A DNA stretch of 64,000 nucleotides from Squalus acanthias (taxonomy: Eukaryota): positions 116,252,001 to 116,316,000 of the forward strand of contig CM059432.1 of the NCBI GenBank assembly GCA_030390025.1, given 5' to 3'. The position numbers were made by a program, and so were the translations under genes. The notes under the pieces are model-generated. The model did no database searches. It was not told where the DNA came from and saw nothing but the letters and a program-made list of their open reading frames with translations. Positions 38,044 through 49,299 of the stretch are shown in pieces. Position 1 is the stretch's first letter. Each line of letters begins with the position of its first letter.

Positions 38044-38049
38044 ATGTTA

Positions 38050-39997
38050 TATTGACATCAATGGGAAAATAAAATGGGACAGGGTGATAAGGAGGGCTAT
38101 GGTTTGATATAAAACTTCAATGCTCTTGCGCTTTCTTGATTGCATCATCGTTGGTGGCTCTTGGACCTGCACTGATTCTGCGCTGGGAGCAGGTAAGGTT
38201 GGTTCTGAGGGAGTCAGTAATTGCAGCAGAAATTATTTGCATGAGTCCTTCAAGAGACTTATTTATTTTACTAAGCTGCACTTCCACATCGGGTTTCTGC
38301 AACAGTCCTTCAAGAGACTCATTTATATTCTTAAGCTCCATTCCCAGATTTTGAGCTATGATATGATCTTTCATTTCATTAAATGACATGCACAGACATT
38401 CCACTCCCTGCCTGACCGAGGTAAGACAATCAATTTCTTTCTCTGAAAGAGATCGATTGAGTCAAGCCTTCAAGATGGTGGATGTGACCATGCATCTCCT
38501 GTTCTGCTGCATATATATCTGTGTCTCCCACAGGCACTGTAGTATCAAGCTGCTGTCTGTTTGGCACAGAGCCAGAGGGGCCAGGAGTTGGAGAGGAAGA
38601 TTGAGAGGACCTCTCCTGCAACCCAGATTCCAGAACCTCCATGTTTAATTCAGCAAAAATTTCCTCCTGCTGCTCCTCCACCACCACCTCACTCGCATCT
38701 CCCACTGGCTCAACATGCCCTTCACCAATGACCTCTTCGGCTGCAGACTCAACGCACTGCTCATCCCGTGACTGAGAAGTATGCTGTAAACCTATGTAAA
38801 GGAAACAGTAAAGATTAGCAAAGGTAAAGCATGATGTGCCACATCACAGAAGCTATTCAGCACACATCACCTGTGTCGAATCGTTCATTTCCAAAGGTAC
38901 ATCCGCTAAGATATCCAAAGATATGCTCGAGCCTTTCCTCATGTTCGGTTAAAGCCCTTAACGTGACAACACCACCGCCTGTCAGTGAACGTTCTCTGGC
39001 GTTGTGAGCAGTTTTACTCTAAAATTGAAAATGAAAATCTGAAATGTAAGGGTTTTTACACCAAAACTGCATTGGCACTCACACAGTTAACTCAGTAAGC
39101 AACTCAAAGCATTTCAATCAAGATGACATTAGCATTTTATGAGACTTGCCTGGCTACAAAAGGCATAAAAATTTATGGGAGCATCTTGTGACTTCAGTTA
39201 ACTCAGCTTAGCAAACAAACACTTTTTCAAGGCTTTTCATTTTAAATGTAACTTTTGTTATAACTATACAAACCTTCAGCGTTCGATATAAATCGCTGAA
39301 TTTTTTGCGACATTGCTCAGCTGTACGAGGAATGGTCGAGGTTGCGGTCACACTTTGAGCAACCACTTTCCACGCTGCCATTTGGCCTTTTCGTGGCGGC
39401 TTGGACTTCTGAGTTCCAATTATCCGTGAACGTTTCGATTCTACCTCGTCAAGAAGTGTACGGAGATCATCATCACTGAAATTCTGTGTTCTTTTGATAA
39501 ATTGGATAGTGCTGATAGCAGCCATTTTCGTTTGCTGATTATAAACAGTTAAATCTCTGAAAAAAATGATTTCTGGGCTTTTAAAACTATTTAAATTACT
39601 TTAAATCTCTTTGCAAATGTTTAACATTACTCAAATTATACTAAAAATCTTTAAAAGTTTACAAAACGATGCATTTAAATCCTACTTACTGCAAATTCCA
39701 CCTGGAACAGTGAGAAAACTATGTCTTCAGCAGCTTGTACAATGGTTTCAGTGGAGAAAAAAATCAGGGGCGTGGCCTATGGAAAAGAGACCTTAATGGG
39801 CGTGTCTTCACTCCACATCGCACGCGATGCAACGCGCACGCTGCGCTGCAGGGCAGTGTGACGTCATACGCTGCCCTGCACTCAATCAGCCAGAAGATGA
39901 ATTTTCTCCGTGGAAAAGACGAAACGGCAGACGCGGTATGTATTACCGCGCCTGCTCCTTACACCCGCGGGAACAGAGCCAGATCAATTTCTGGCCC
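38050..39997 (-). mobile_element. PIF/Harbinger element carrying the Myb gene; left end not found
   Basis: Right terminus reads gggccagaaattg on minus and is followed by ATT; CpG-rich subterminal region. Confidence 0.6.
38117..39525 (-). pseudogene. Three-exon Myb/SANT-like (Harbinger accessory, MSANTD/NAIF1-like) gene with one frameshift
   Basis: Exons 39525-39274, 39018-38871 and 38791 onward, with GT-AG introns in compatible phases (0, 1). Motifs RTQNFSDDDLRTLLDEV..AAWKVVA..RTAEQCRKKFSDL and HNARERSLTGGG, then an acidic linker and coiled coil. Frameshift near 38440. Confidence 0.8.
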
Positions 39998-40200
39998 ATT
40001 AATGTAGATTGTGAATAGCTGAGGCCCAAGCACTGATCGTTGCGGCACCCCACTAGTTACAGCCTGTCAACCTGAAAATGACCCGTTTATTCCTACTCTC
40101 TGTTTTCTGTCTGTTAACCAATCCTCAATCCACGCTAGTATATTACCCCCAATCCCATGAGCCCTAATCTTGTGCAACAACCTCTTGGGTGGCACCTTAT
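39998..40200 (-). mobile_element. CR1 RT fragment
   Basis: [22 protein letters not shown] on minus. Confidence 0.82.
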
Positions 40201-41585
40201 CTGCTTGGCTCTGACTCTTCACTCTGATGGAACAACGCTGGTTGCAAGAGCAGCTAAAATGGATACACAGAGTAGCATGTTCCTCTGATGGAGCTTTGAA
40301 TACCCAAGTGCCTATGCTTTCTGGGTCAGGTTGCTATTCCGGGACTTCTTGCTTTGGCTAATTGGGCCACTACTTCCACATAGGACTTTTGATAAAGGAC
40401 CTTGAATTTTAACTGAAGTGGATGTAAACCAAGATGGTCACTACTGAATACATCAACCAGATCACTGATGAAGATGGGGAAGGGACCTTACCCTTCTACA
40501 CTATATCTTGTGAGCCTAGATAAGGAGATGTGCAATAAGGGTCAAAGCTTCATTCACCCACCCACACTGTCACCACACCAGAAAGAAGTTTCTCTTTAAC
40601 TGACCCGACTAATTAAATTTGCTTCCTGGATACGCCACTGTGTTCTACATACACATATCATCACTATAGCAGTGTCTGCTACAGTAATGAAGGAAATGGT
40701 TAAATTACTGTACTCCTGGGTTTTGTTCAGTTGAATATCTGCAATATCTCTTTGCCCGTAATCCTAAACACAGCATGAAGCAAGCTTTCAATATTCTTGT
40801 CACATTCTTGCATCAGCAGGAAAACGTTACAACGGCTTGTCTTGTGCCTTGTAACTGCTAGTATAATACCTGATAAAAGGTTTGATTATTAAACCGCTAA
40901 AAACTGCCACTTAGACGTTTAAGACCAAGGAACCGAAAGCTCCTCTTCACAACAGATCCACCATCTTCTTATCTCTGTATGTTCTTCTGTTCTTGTCCAA
41001 AATTAACCCCATTGGCAACAGCAATAACAACTTACGCATTTAATCAGGGACAAGGGGGAAAATGTTCAAGTATCAGCCTTCAGGCTGTGGATCAGATCAG
41101 GTACATTTCAGTTTAGTAATTTAACTGAAAGCAGCTGCTACTGTGATGGATTCTCACAGGCAATTTTGAAAGTTTGATGCAGGCGCTGATGACAGTTTTT
41201 GGGCTTTTACATGTGGAAGCTGAGATACGTGAAACCAGTTTGCCAGGAAGTATTACACAAAGATCAAGATTATGCAAAAATCAGGATTTCTCCTAACTCA
41301 GGATTTTGGAGTGGGGAACAACTGTTTATTTTCTCTCCTTTCCCTCTTCTCCTCTTCTAATATTTACCCTGGGTCTAAAGATCTAAAGGGACCCTTGAAA
41401 ATATATCTTACACCAGATAAATTAGATACAAAAAGGACCAGAAGGTAGACGTTGATGAATTTGTGCTCCCAGCACTATCTTATGGCCTGCTGGCCTCTAC
41501 ACCCGAATTCCGAAAGATCCCTCCTGGTTTGCAAAGCTCCACACTGGGCGTCCAAATTCATAAAATCTACTCTATGATGCGTTAT

Positions 41586-42173
41586 AGTTGATTTTTTTTA
41601 CTCCGGGGCGGGTACGTGTTGAAACGAGCCATGTGTCTGTCCAGGAGTAGCAGCAGGCAGGCTCGTCTGATTTTAACGGCCCAACCTCCAAAGGGTCAGG
41701 AAGTCGGGCGGGAGGTGGCAGCTCAGCCGTTAGAATCGGGCGGCAAGGGGTTGCTCCGTGAGGGGAATCCTGGTCGAGCGAGGGGTGCTGAAGGCCAGGG
41801 CATGGGAGGCCCAAGGTTTCCTTATGAGGCCCGGAGGAGCACTCCTTCTCTTCCTGGCCCACAAGAAACCTGTGTGTAAAAAAAAAAATAACTCACCTTA
41901 CTGGGCCTCTTCTAGCCCGGGCAGATTTCACCCTGACGGAAAGCCACCACTGCTCCCCCCACTCAGGCCTCAGGTTAAAATGGCAGATCGCACCCCAATT
42001 ACATCATCGAAGCCCGATCTGCATATTTAAAGAGGACCCCCTGCCGGCTTAGGCGCGGGTGGCCTTGCCGACGTCGGCCAGATTGAGGCAGGAAAGAAGT
42101 GAAGTCCCCCCCCGCTCGTTTTAGCTGCCTCCCGCCAGGTTTCTAACAAGCAGGGGATGTTAAAATCCACCCC
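41586..42173. mobile_element. MITE related to the minisatellite-bearing family, without an array
   Basis: Shares gagga.cactcct.ctc.tcctggcccacaag with 54533-54564; ends gttaaaatccacccc. Confidence 0.6.
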
Positions 42174-42592
42174 ATTATCTTTCTGTATGCACAGTAATTG
42201 TCGGCATTATATATTCACTATGAAAGCCCAAAACTGCTTGGGGTTTTCTTTAAACTTTCTTTATTACATTTAAAGAATTGTCTTTGCATTAGTTTAGTTA
42301 TATTGTAACCAGAGTGCAAAGCTAAATCAGCCTGACACAAACTGCTTCAGGTGATCTGAAACCTAATGCAAGATGTTAAAGCAACACTGGATTCAGCTGT
42401 TACTATTATTCTGTGATTTTTGTGCAATATCAAACCACCCTGTAAACTTCTGCAGTATAATTCCACTATTTTGCCACTTTCTCAAAACATTTGTTATACT
42501 AAATTTGCAGTTTTCTGTGTGATTCCTGTTTAAGCAGGCTTGGGCACAGGGGTAACAAGAATCTATTCATTTTTAGACTGGATCAGAGACGT

Positions 42593-43320
42593 GGGGGAAT
42601 TCAAAGCTCCAAGGATGGGTGGGAAGTAAAAATTAAAAAAAATCTCAAACCCAACCCCCAACTTGCCCACTTCCGCTTTTAACAGAGGTGGGTTGGGGGT
42701 CGGCGACCAATCCGCTCTCAGGAGGCGGGTCGATAAGTAAAAGCTTTTAAGGAGGCTGTGCGCCTACATTTTAACATTTAACATTTTTTAACCCATGGAG
42801 GCCGGGTTTCCCCAGAGCTCAGGAAACCCGGCAGGTAAGAGGATGTGGGGAGCGCTGAATCCATAAGATAAGTGCATTTATAGCACTGCTTGTGTTTCCT
42901 CCCAACAAGCTAACTTTTTTACATACCTTGCAATCTCCGACTCCCCCCACGCCCCCATGATCTCCCCCGACCACCACGATCTCCCCCCGACCTCCACGAT
43001 CTCTCCCTCCACGATCTCCTCCCGACCGCCACGATCTCCTCCCGACCGCCATGATCTCCTCCCAACCTCCACGATTTCCCCCCTGACCTCAAACTGACCC
43101 CACCCGTAATCTCCCCCCCACCGGCCACGTTCTCTCTCTCCCTCCTCTCTCCTCCCTCCCTCTCTGCTCTCCGGCTGCGGCTTTGTGCCACAGGGTTTCC
43201 TCCCGTCTGTTGGGCGGGAAACCTGCTGAAAAAATGTAAAAGGTGTCCTGCTGTTAATTTCAGCAGGAGACCCGGGTACTTCCTGGTTTCCCATCTGGCT
43301 CACTCCACACCTTCAGTGGA
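42593..43320 (-). mobile_element. MITE with a short internal tandem array (42935-43110)
   Basis: Both arms are reverse complements of 54520-54865 and 49350-49470. Confidence 0.7.
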
Positions 43321-43859
43321 AGTGGATGCGTGGAGCCCACCTATACTGCTCCACGAAAATTGCATCTAATCAGCGCTTGAGTGCGAAACCTGCAGGTGTC
43401 TGTTTTAGCTCCTCCAGCAAAGTTCAAATTATGGCAATCACCAATTAGGACTAAAATTACGTGCTAAATCCAGACTTTCAAACAGCCGTGTCTTATTAGC
43501 ACAACACCCATTTAGCACCTATTTTCACCCTTTGGCCAAAATAACCCCCCTATGGTTGTTCTTAAGTCCTGCTACTCGCTCCCACTGATTCTCCACTTTA
43601 GTTCCAGCTCCTGTGACTTTCTTCGCCCGATCTTATCCAGAAGCATGTGTGATTAAAAAAATTGCGGGATTTATCATGGAAATGAGACCATCATAAATCA
43701 TTAGTTCTACTTATAGCATAATTACACCGTTAGGTTACTGCTGACAGCTGCTTCAGGAAGTGGGGCTGGAGTATAACCGCAGGATTAGCTGAACTGGCTG
43801 AGATGAGGAATTCATCCTGTAGATAGCTGTGGTCATAAACCCAAACAGGCTTATTGTCC

Positions 43860-46395
43860 AGGTAACATGATAGAATTTCACATTCTGTTTCACATTGAGA
43901 AACTTGGGTCTGAAACTAGTATCTTAAATTTAAATAAAGGCAATTACAAGGGTATGAAGACAGAGTTGGCTAAAGTGGACTGGGAAAATAGATTAAAAGG
44001 TAAGACGGTAGATAAGCAGTGGCAGACTTTTAAGGAGATATTTCATAACTCTCAACAAAGATATATTCCAGTAAGAAAGACTCTACAAGAAGGATGAACC
44101 ATCCGTGGCTAACTAAGGAAGTTAAGGAGGGTATCAAATTGAAAGAAAAGGCATACAATGTTGCGAAGATTAGTGGTAGGCCAGAAGATTGGGACATTTT
44201 TAGAAACTTGCAAAGGATGACTAAAAATGACCCATTTATCCCGATTCTCTGTTTTCTGTTAGTTAACCAATCCTCTATCCAGGCTAATGTATTATCCCCA
44301 ACACCATGAACTCTTATCTTGTGCAGTAACCTTTTATGTGGCATCTTATTGAATGCTTTATGGAAATCCAAATACACTATACTGGTTCCCCTTTATTTCC
44401 AAAAAGCATTCGATAAGATGCCACATAAAAGGTTACTGCACAAGATAAGAGTTCATGGTGTTGGGGATAATACATTAGCCTGGATAGAGGATTGGCTAAC
44501 TAACAGAAAACAGAGAATCGGGATAAATGGGTCATTTTCAGGTTGTCAAACTGTAACTAGTGGGGTGCCACAGGGATCAGTGCTGGGGCCTCAACTATTT
44601 ACAATCTATATTAATGACTTGGATGAAGGGACTGAGTGGACTATAGCCAAAGTTGCTGACGATACAAAGATAGGTGGTAAAGCAAGTTGTGAGGACACCA
44701 AGGGCTGGATTTTATCAATGGAGGCGAGCAGGAGGTGGGACTCCCACTTTTGGGGTTGTAGTCCCGCCTCCATCGAGTTGTGGCCAACCCACTCGATTTT
44801 CCCTTGATTGACCTTGTTGAGACCGCCCAGCGGGCTCAGCAGGCCAATTAAGGGCCACCCGGCAACAGGTGATGTCACAGATTGACATTTCATCTGTCAA
44901 GAGCTTTTGACAGATGAAATATCAGCATATGACAGCTCTTTGAAGCTGTCAAATGCTGACAATCTGTCCTCTAAGTTAATTCCTTCCTCTCAGGCTGATT
45001 TAGAGATCTCTGCAGAACAAAAAGCAGAGGCTGCAGCTTTTGACAGCTCAACGGCCATTCTGCTTTCTGTGCCGATGAGATTTCTGACTCCCGAGACCTG
45101 AAGGGCTGACACCTACAGGAGGAAGTTAAGGTAAGTAAAACTTTTTTCCACACTTTACACTTACCTTGCACACTTACCTCTGCACACATGCACCCATCAC
45201 TCACCTGCCCACCGACATATCGACCCCTCCAACCCCTGCAGACCCACGGTCCGCCTCGCTAAAATGGCATGGTTTGGAGCCGTCAGGTAGCCCACACTTC
45301 AGGGCTAAAAATAGGGATTAGGCAACAAACTGCCTGTTAACTACCTGTTAACAGGCAGTTTATTGTCACTAATCCCCTTCCCGCCTCGGGGCGGCGGGTC
45401 CCAGCACAGGTCGGGTACCCGCCTCCAGCGAAACTGGCATGGAGGCGGGTTGGGGGCGGGATGGGTTCGGGACCCCCGAATCTGCTATTTTCCCACCCCA
45501 CATGCCTCCAAACCCGCCTCCACGGGTCAATGAAAATTCTGCCCAAAGAGTCTGCAAAGGGATATAGATAGGTTAAGTGAGGGGGCAAAAATTTGGCAGA
45601 TGGAGTATAATGTGGGAAAATGTGAGGTTATCCACTTTGGTAGGAAGAATAGTAAAGCAAAATATTATTTAAATAGAGAGAGACTACAGAATGCTGCGGA
45701 ACAGAGGGATCTGGGTGTCCTTGTACGTGAAACACAAAAAGCTAGCATGCAGGTACAGCAAGTAATTAGGAAGGCAAATGGAATGTTGGCCTTTATTGCA
45801 AGGGGGATGGAGTATAAAAGTAGGGAAGTCTTGCTACAACTGTACAGAGCGCTGGTGAGGCCACATCTGGAGTATTGTGTACAGTTTTGGTCTCCTTATT
45901 TAAGGTGGGATATACTTGCATTGGAGGCAGTTCAGAGAAGGTTCACTAGGTTAGTTCCTGGGATGAAGGGGTTGTCTTATGAGGAAAGGTTGAGCAGGTT
46001 GGACCTATACTCATTGGAGTTTAGAAGAATGAGAGGTGATCTTATTGAAACATATAATATTCTGAGGGGGCTTGACAGGGATGTTTCCTCTCGGGGGAAT
46101 TAGGGGGCATAGTTTCAGAATAAGGGGTTGCCCATTTAAGACGGAGATGAGGAGGAATTTCTTCTCTCAGAGGGTTGTGAATCTTTGGAATTCTCTACCC
46201 CAGAGAGCTGTGGAGGCTGAGTCATTGAATATATTCAAGGCGGAGATAGACAGATTTTTGAACTACAGGGGAGTCAACGGTTATGGGGAACAGGCAGAAA
46301 AGTGGAGTTGAGGCCAAGATCAGATCAGCCATGATCTTATTGAATGGTGGAGCAGGCTCGGGGGGCCGAATGGCCTAATCTTATGTTTTTATATG
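43860..46395 (+). mobile_element. CR1 ORF2 remnant with an inverted duplication and a MITE insertion
   Basis: LNLNKGNY..PWLTKEV; FQKAFD..VADDTK; resumes at 45545 and runs to the 3' tail. Confidence 0.9.
44702..45544. mobile_element. Harbinger-type MITE inside the CR1
   Basis: TIR gggctggatttt / aaaattctgccc; interrupts gaggacac..aaagagtctg. Confidence 0.8.
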
Positions 46396-47091
46396 TGGAT
46401 TTGTTGATAATATTACTTCAATAGTCATTAAAGTCAGCTTCCAAAGAACACGGACGAAATGATAGCTTTTTAACAATTCTGTAGTGATACTAACAATTTG
46501 TCAGTTTAATTTTACCTCAAGTGCAGCAAATGTTTAGGGAAGAAAACTACTAATTTGAAGGGAGCGTTTGTGCTTTGTGCACCAGCAGACAGCAGGGCAA
46601 TCCTTTTATAAATAGCTCAGCGATAGTGACCTCCCTCCAGCATTAGAGCTACATTTACACACCCAGTAATTAGTTCTTTACACTCTTTCATTATGTAATT
46701 CTACACTGCATGTCTTTAACCCATATTCAACTCACAGCTTACTTTCAACTCCATGTCATTAAATGCTTCTAACTATATCACAAAGCACTCTGGCCACAGA
46801 ACACTGCATTTAACTAGTTTCCTTTCTTTATTAGAAATCTGCAAAAACAGCATTTCCCTGCAAGTTCCTTCACTCTTTCCTTCTGTTATCCCGACAGCCT
46901 CCAGCCCTCTGAGTCCCATTCCAGGCTTACTAATTCTGCTTTAATATTAAAGGGAAACCTAAAAAATTTTTGGGAAGCTTTATCCCACTACGGCCCTGTG
47001 TAAATGATTCACTGCTTTCCTGTTATTCACTCTGGTTCTTTTGCTCATATTGAACTGCACTATGGTATAATTCATCTGTTTAAAAAAGAGA

Positions 47092-47532
47092 AAAAAAGAA
47101 AGACTTGCATTTATATAGCGCCTTTCAAGACCACCAGACATCCCAAAGCGCTTTCCAGCCAATGAAGTATTTGAAGTGTAGTCACTGTTGTAATGTAGGA
47201 AGCAGGGCAGCCAAATTGCGCACAGCAAGCTCCCACAAACAGCAATGTGATAATCTGTTTAAGTGATGCTGATTGAGGGATAAATATTGGCCAGTACACT
47301 GGGGATAACTCCCCTGCTCTTCTTCAAAATAGTGCCAAGGGATCTTTTACATCCACCTGAGAGAGCATACGGGGCCTCGGTTTAACGTCTCATCTGAAAG
47401 ACAGCACCTCCGACAGTGCAGCACTCCCTCAGCACTGCACTGGAGTGTCAGCCTAGATTTTTGTGCTCAAGTCTCTGGAGTGGGACCTCTGACTCAGAGG
47501 CAAGAGATCGTGCTACCAACTGAGCCATGGCT
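47092..47532 (-). mobile_element. Deu-type SINE copy
   Basis: Same family; small deletion in the box B region. Confidence 0.82.
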
Positions 47533-47704
47533 ATTTAAGGGAAATTGCAGATGATAACAAAACAAACTGGGCCTTATTGTCACAAAACTAAATTGTACCA
47601 TACTATTGATGGCAGAGGCTGTTTTATCTTTGTTTTGTTTTCTACCTTGCCTGTAACAAAATCATATTGATATGAACAAGTAGAATGCTGGGAGCACAGT
47701 CTGA

Positions 47705-49272
47705 GGCCGCGATTTTCTTATCAGTGTCGGGATGGGGGCGGGTCAGCTGGTTTCCGGGTTTCAGTCCCGCCCCCAGCTTCCTCTGCTCTGTGATGTGATT
47801 TTCCCTTGATTGGCCTTGTTAAGCCCACCCTGCGGGCTTATCGGCCAATTAACAGGAAGCGGGTCTGATGACGTCATTTGATGACACGTCATCTGCCGGT
47901 TTCCTTAAAGGAACCATGCACAATTGTATTTTGACAGTTGATTTTTCAGTGTTTGACAGCATTGAGGTACTGAAAACATTGACAATCACTGCACAAAGGT
48001 GAACTCTTGCACCTAGGCCTCTCCAATGACTCCCTCCATATGCTTATGGAGGGAGTCACAGCATGCAGTTTCTATTCCCTTCCAAGGGCGGAAGAGACCT
48101 CCCCAGGACACCAACTTACCTTGCATCTCCACCCAACCCTCTCTATCTACTTTATCACTTCCCCATCTCACTAGCCACCCCTCACACTCACCCTCATTCT
48201 ACTGCAAGCATAACAATGAACAACACACAAGGGTGGGCATTTGAGAGGTTTAGCCAATGTCCATGTGAAGTTTATGGTAATGTGTTGTCATACAGTGACA
48301 TCTCTTTTTCAAAAATTGCCCCTTATTGGACAGATCAGAGCACACATTGAGAAGTGTCTTACTGAGTTCCAGTGATTGTTCAGTCATAACTACCCCCCAC
48401 ACCCCCGCCCCGCTATAGTGATGAGTGTGCATGGAATGGCTTGGACATTAAAGGGATGCTTCACGGTGCTGGTGTGGGATGGTGTCAACCTGGCACATCA
48501 TGTGGCAGCCAGGGTTTACAGCATCAAGTGAAAAAAGACTGACCATGGTGATGTCATCACTGGCCTCCTGGTCAGCAATTTTGTCAGGGGCTGATGCCCT
48601 GTGTCCAGTGCAGCATCAGGTGATGGCGGCGAAGGTTGGTGATGAGGTTGGTGATGTTGGTGTTGGGGATGATTGTGGAAGGATTCGGAGGACCTAGGTC
48701 TGATTGTTTCAATGGCTCTGATGTTGCTGCAATAGATGGCAACTACAGGTGAGATGACAGAAGCGATCTGTCACTGGTGAGAGAGGTTCTCCCAATGAGG
48801 TGGCACTGGACATACAGTTGGATTTGAAAATTTGTAAGCTAAAGAAATCTGTATAAGTATTAAAAATGCGGTAAGCAACATTTTCTTTGCTCTGAAACTC
48901 ACCATGTGCAACATTGCATCCCTCACACCACTTCTGCAGCTGTCATCTTTTCACAAACATCAGACCAGACTCACAACACGCCACACTTACCTGGCGTGTT
49001 GTCCGGATGTCGTAAAACCCAACCCAAAAGCTGGAAAATCGAAAAATACCGTGAAAACTGCTCACAAGTGCCTGTTAATAGGCAGTTAATTGCCTTTAAT
49101 CTGTTTCCTGCTGCTAGGTGTTGGGTCCATTCACAAATCGGGGACCCGACACTTGGGAAGGTTGTGTGGAGGCGGGTTGACGGCGGTTGCAAAACCCGCC
49201 ATCAATCAAAACGACTTTAACCTCTGACCCGCCTCCAAACCTGCCCTCTGAGTGCCGGCAAAATCGTGGCCC
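47705..49272 (+). mobile_element. Non-autonomous Harbinger, paralog of 3657-5434
   Basis: TIR ggccgcgatttt / ggccacgatttt; colinear Myb remnant (with an internal deletion) and transposase-tail remnant. Confidence 0.8.
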
Positions 49273-49299
49273 TAAGTATCTGAGTTGCTCCCACTTATA

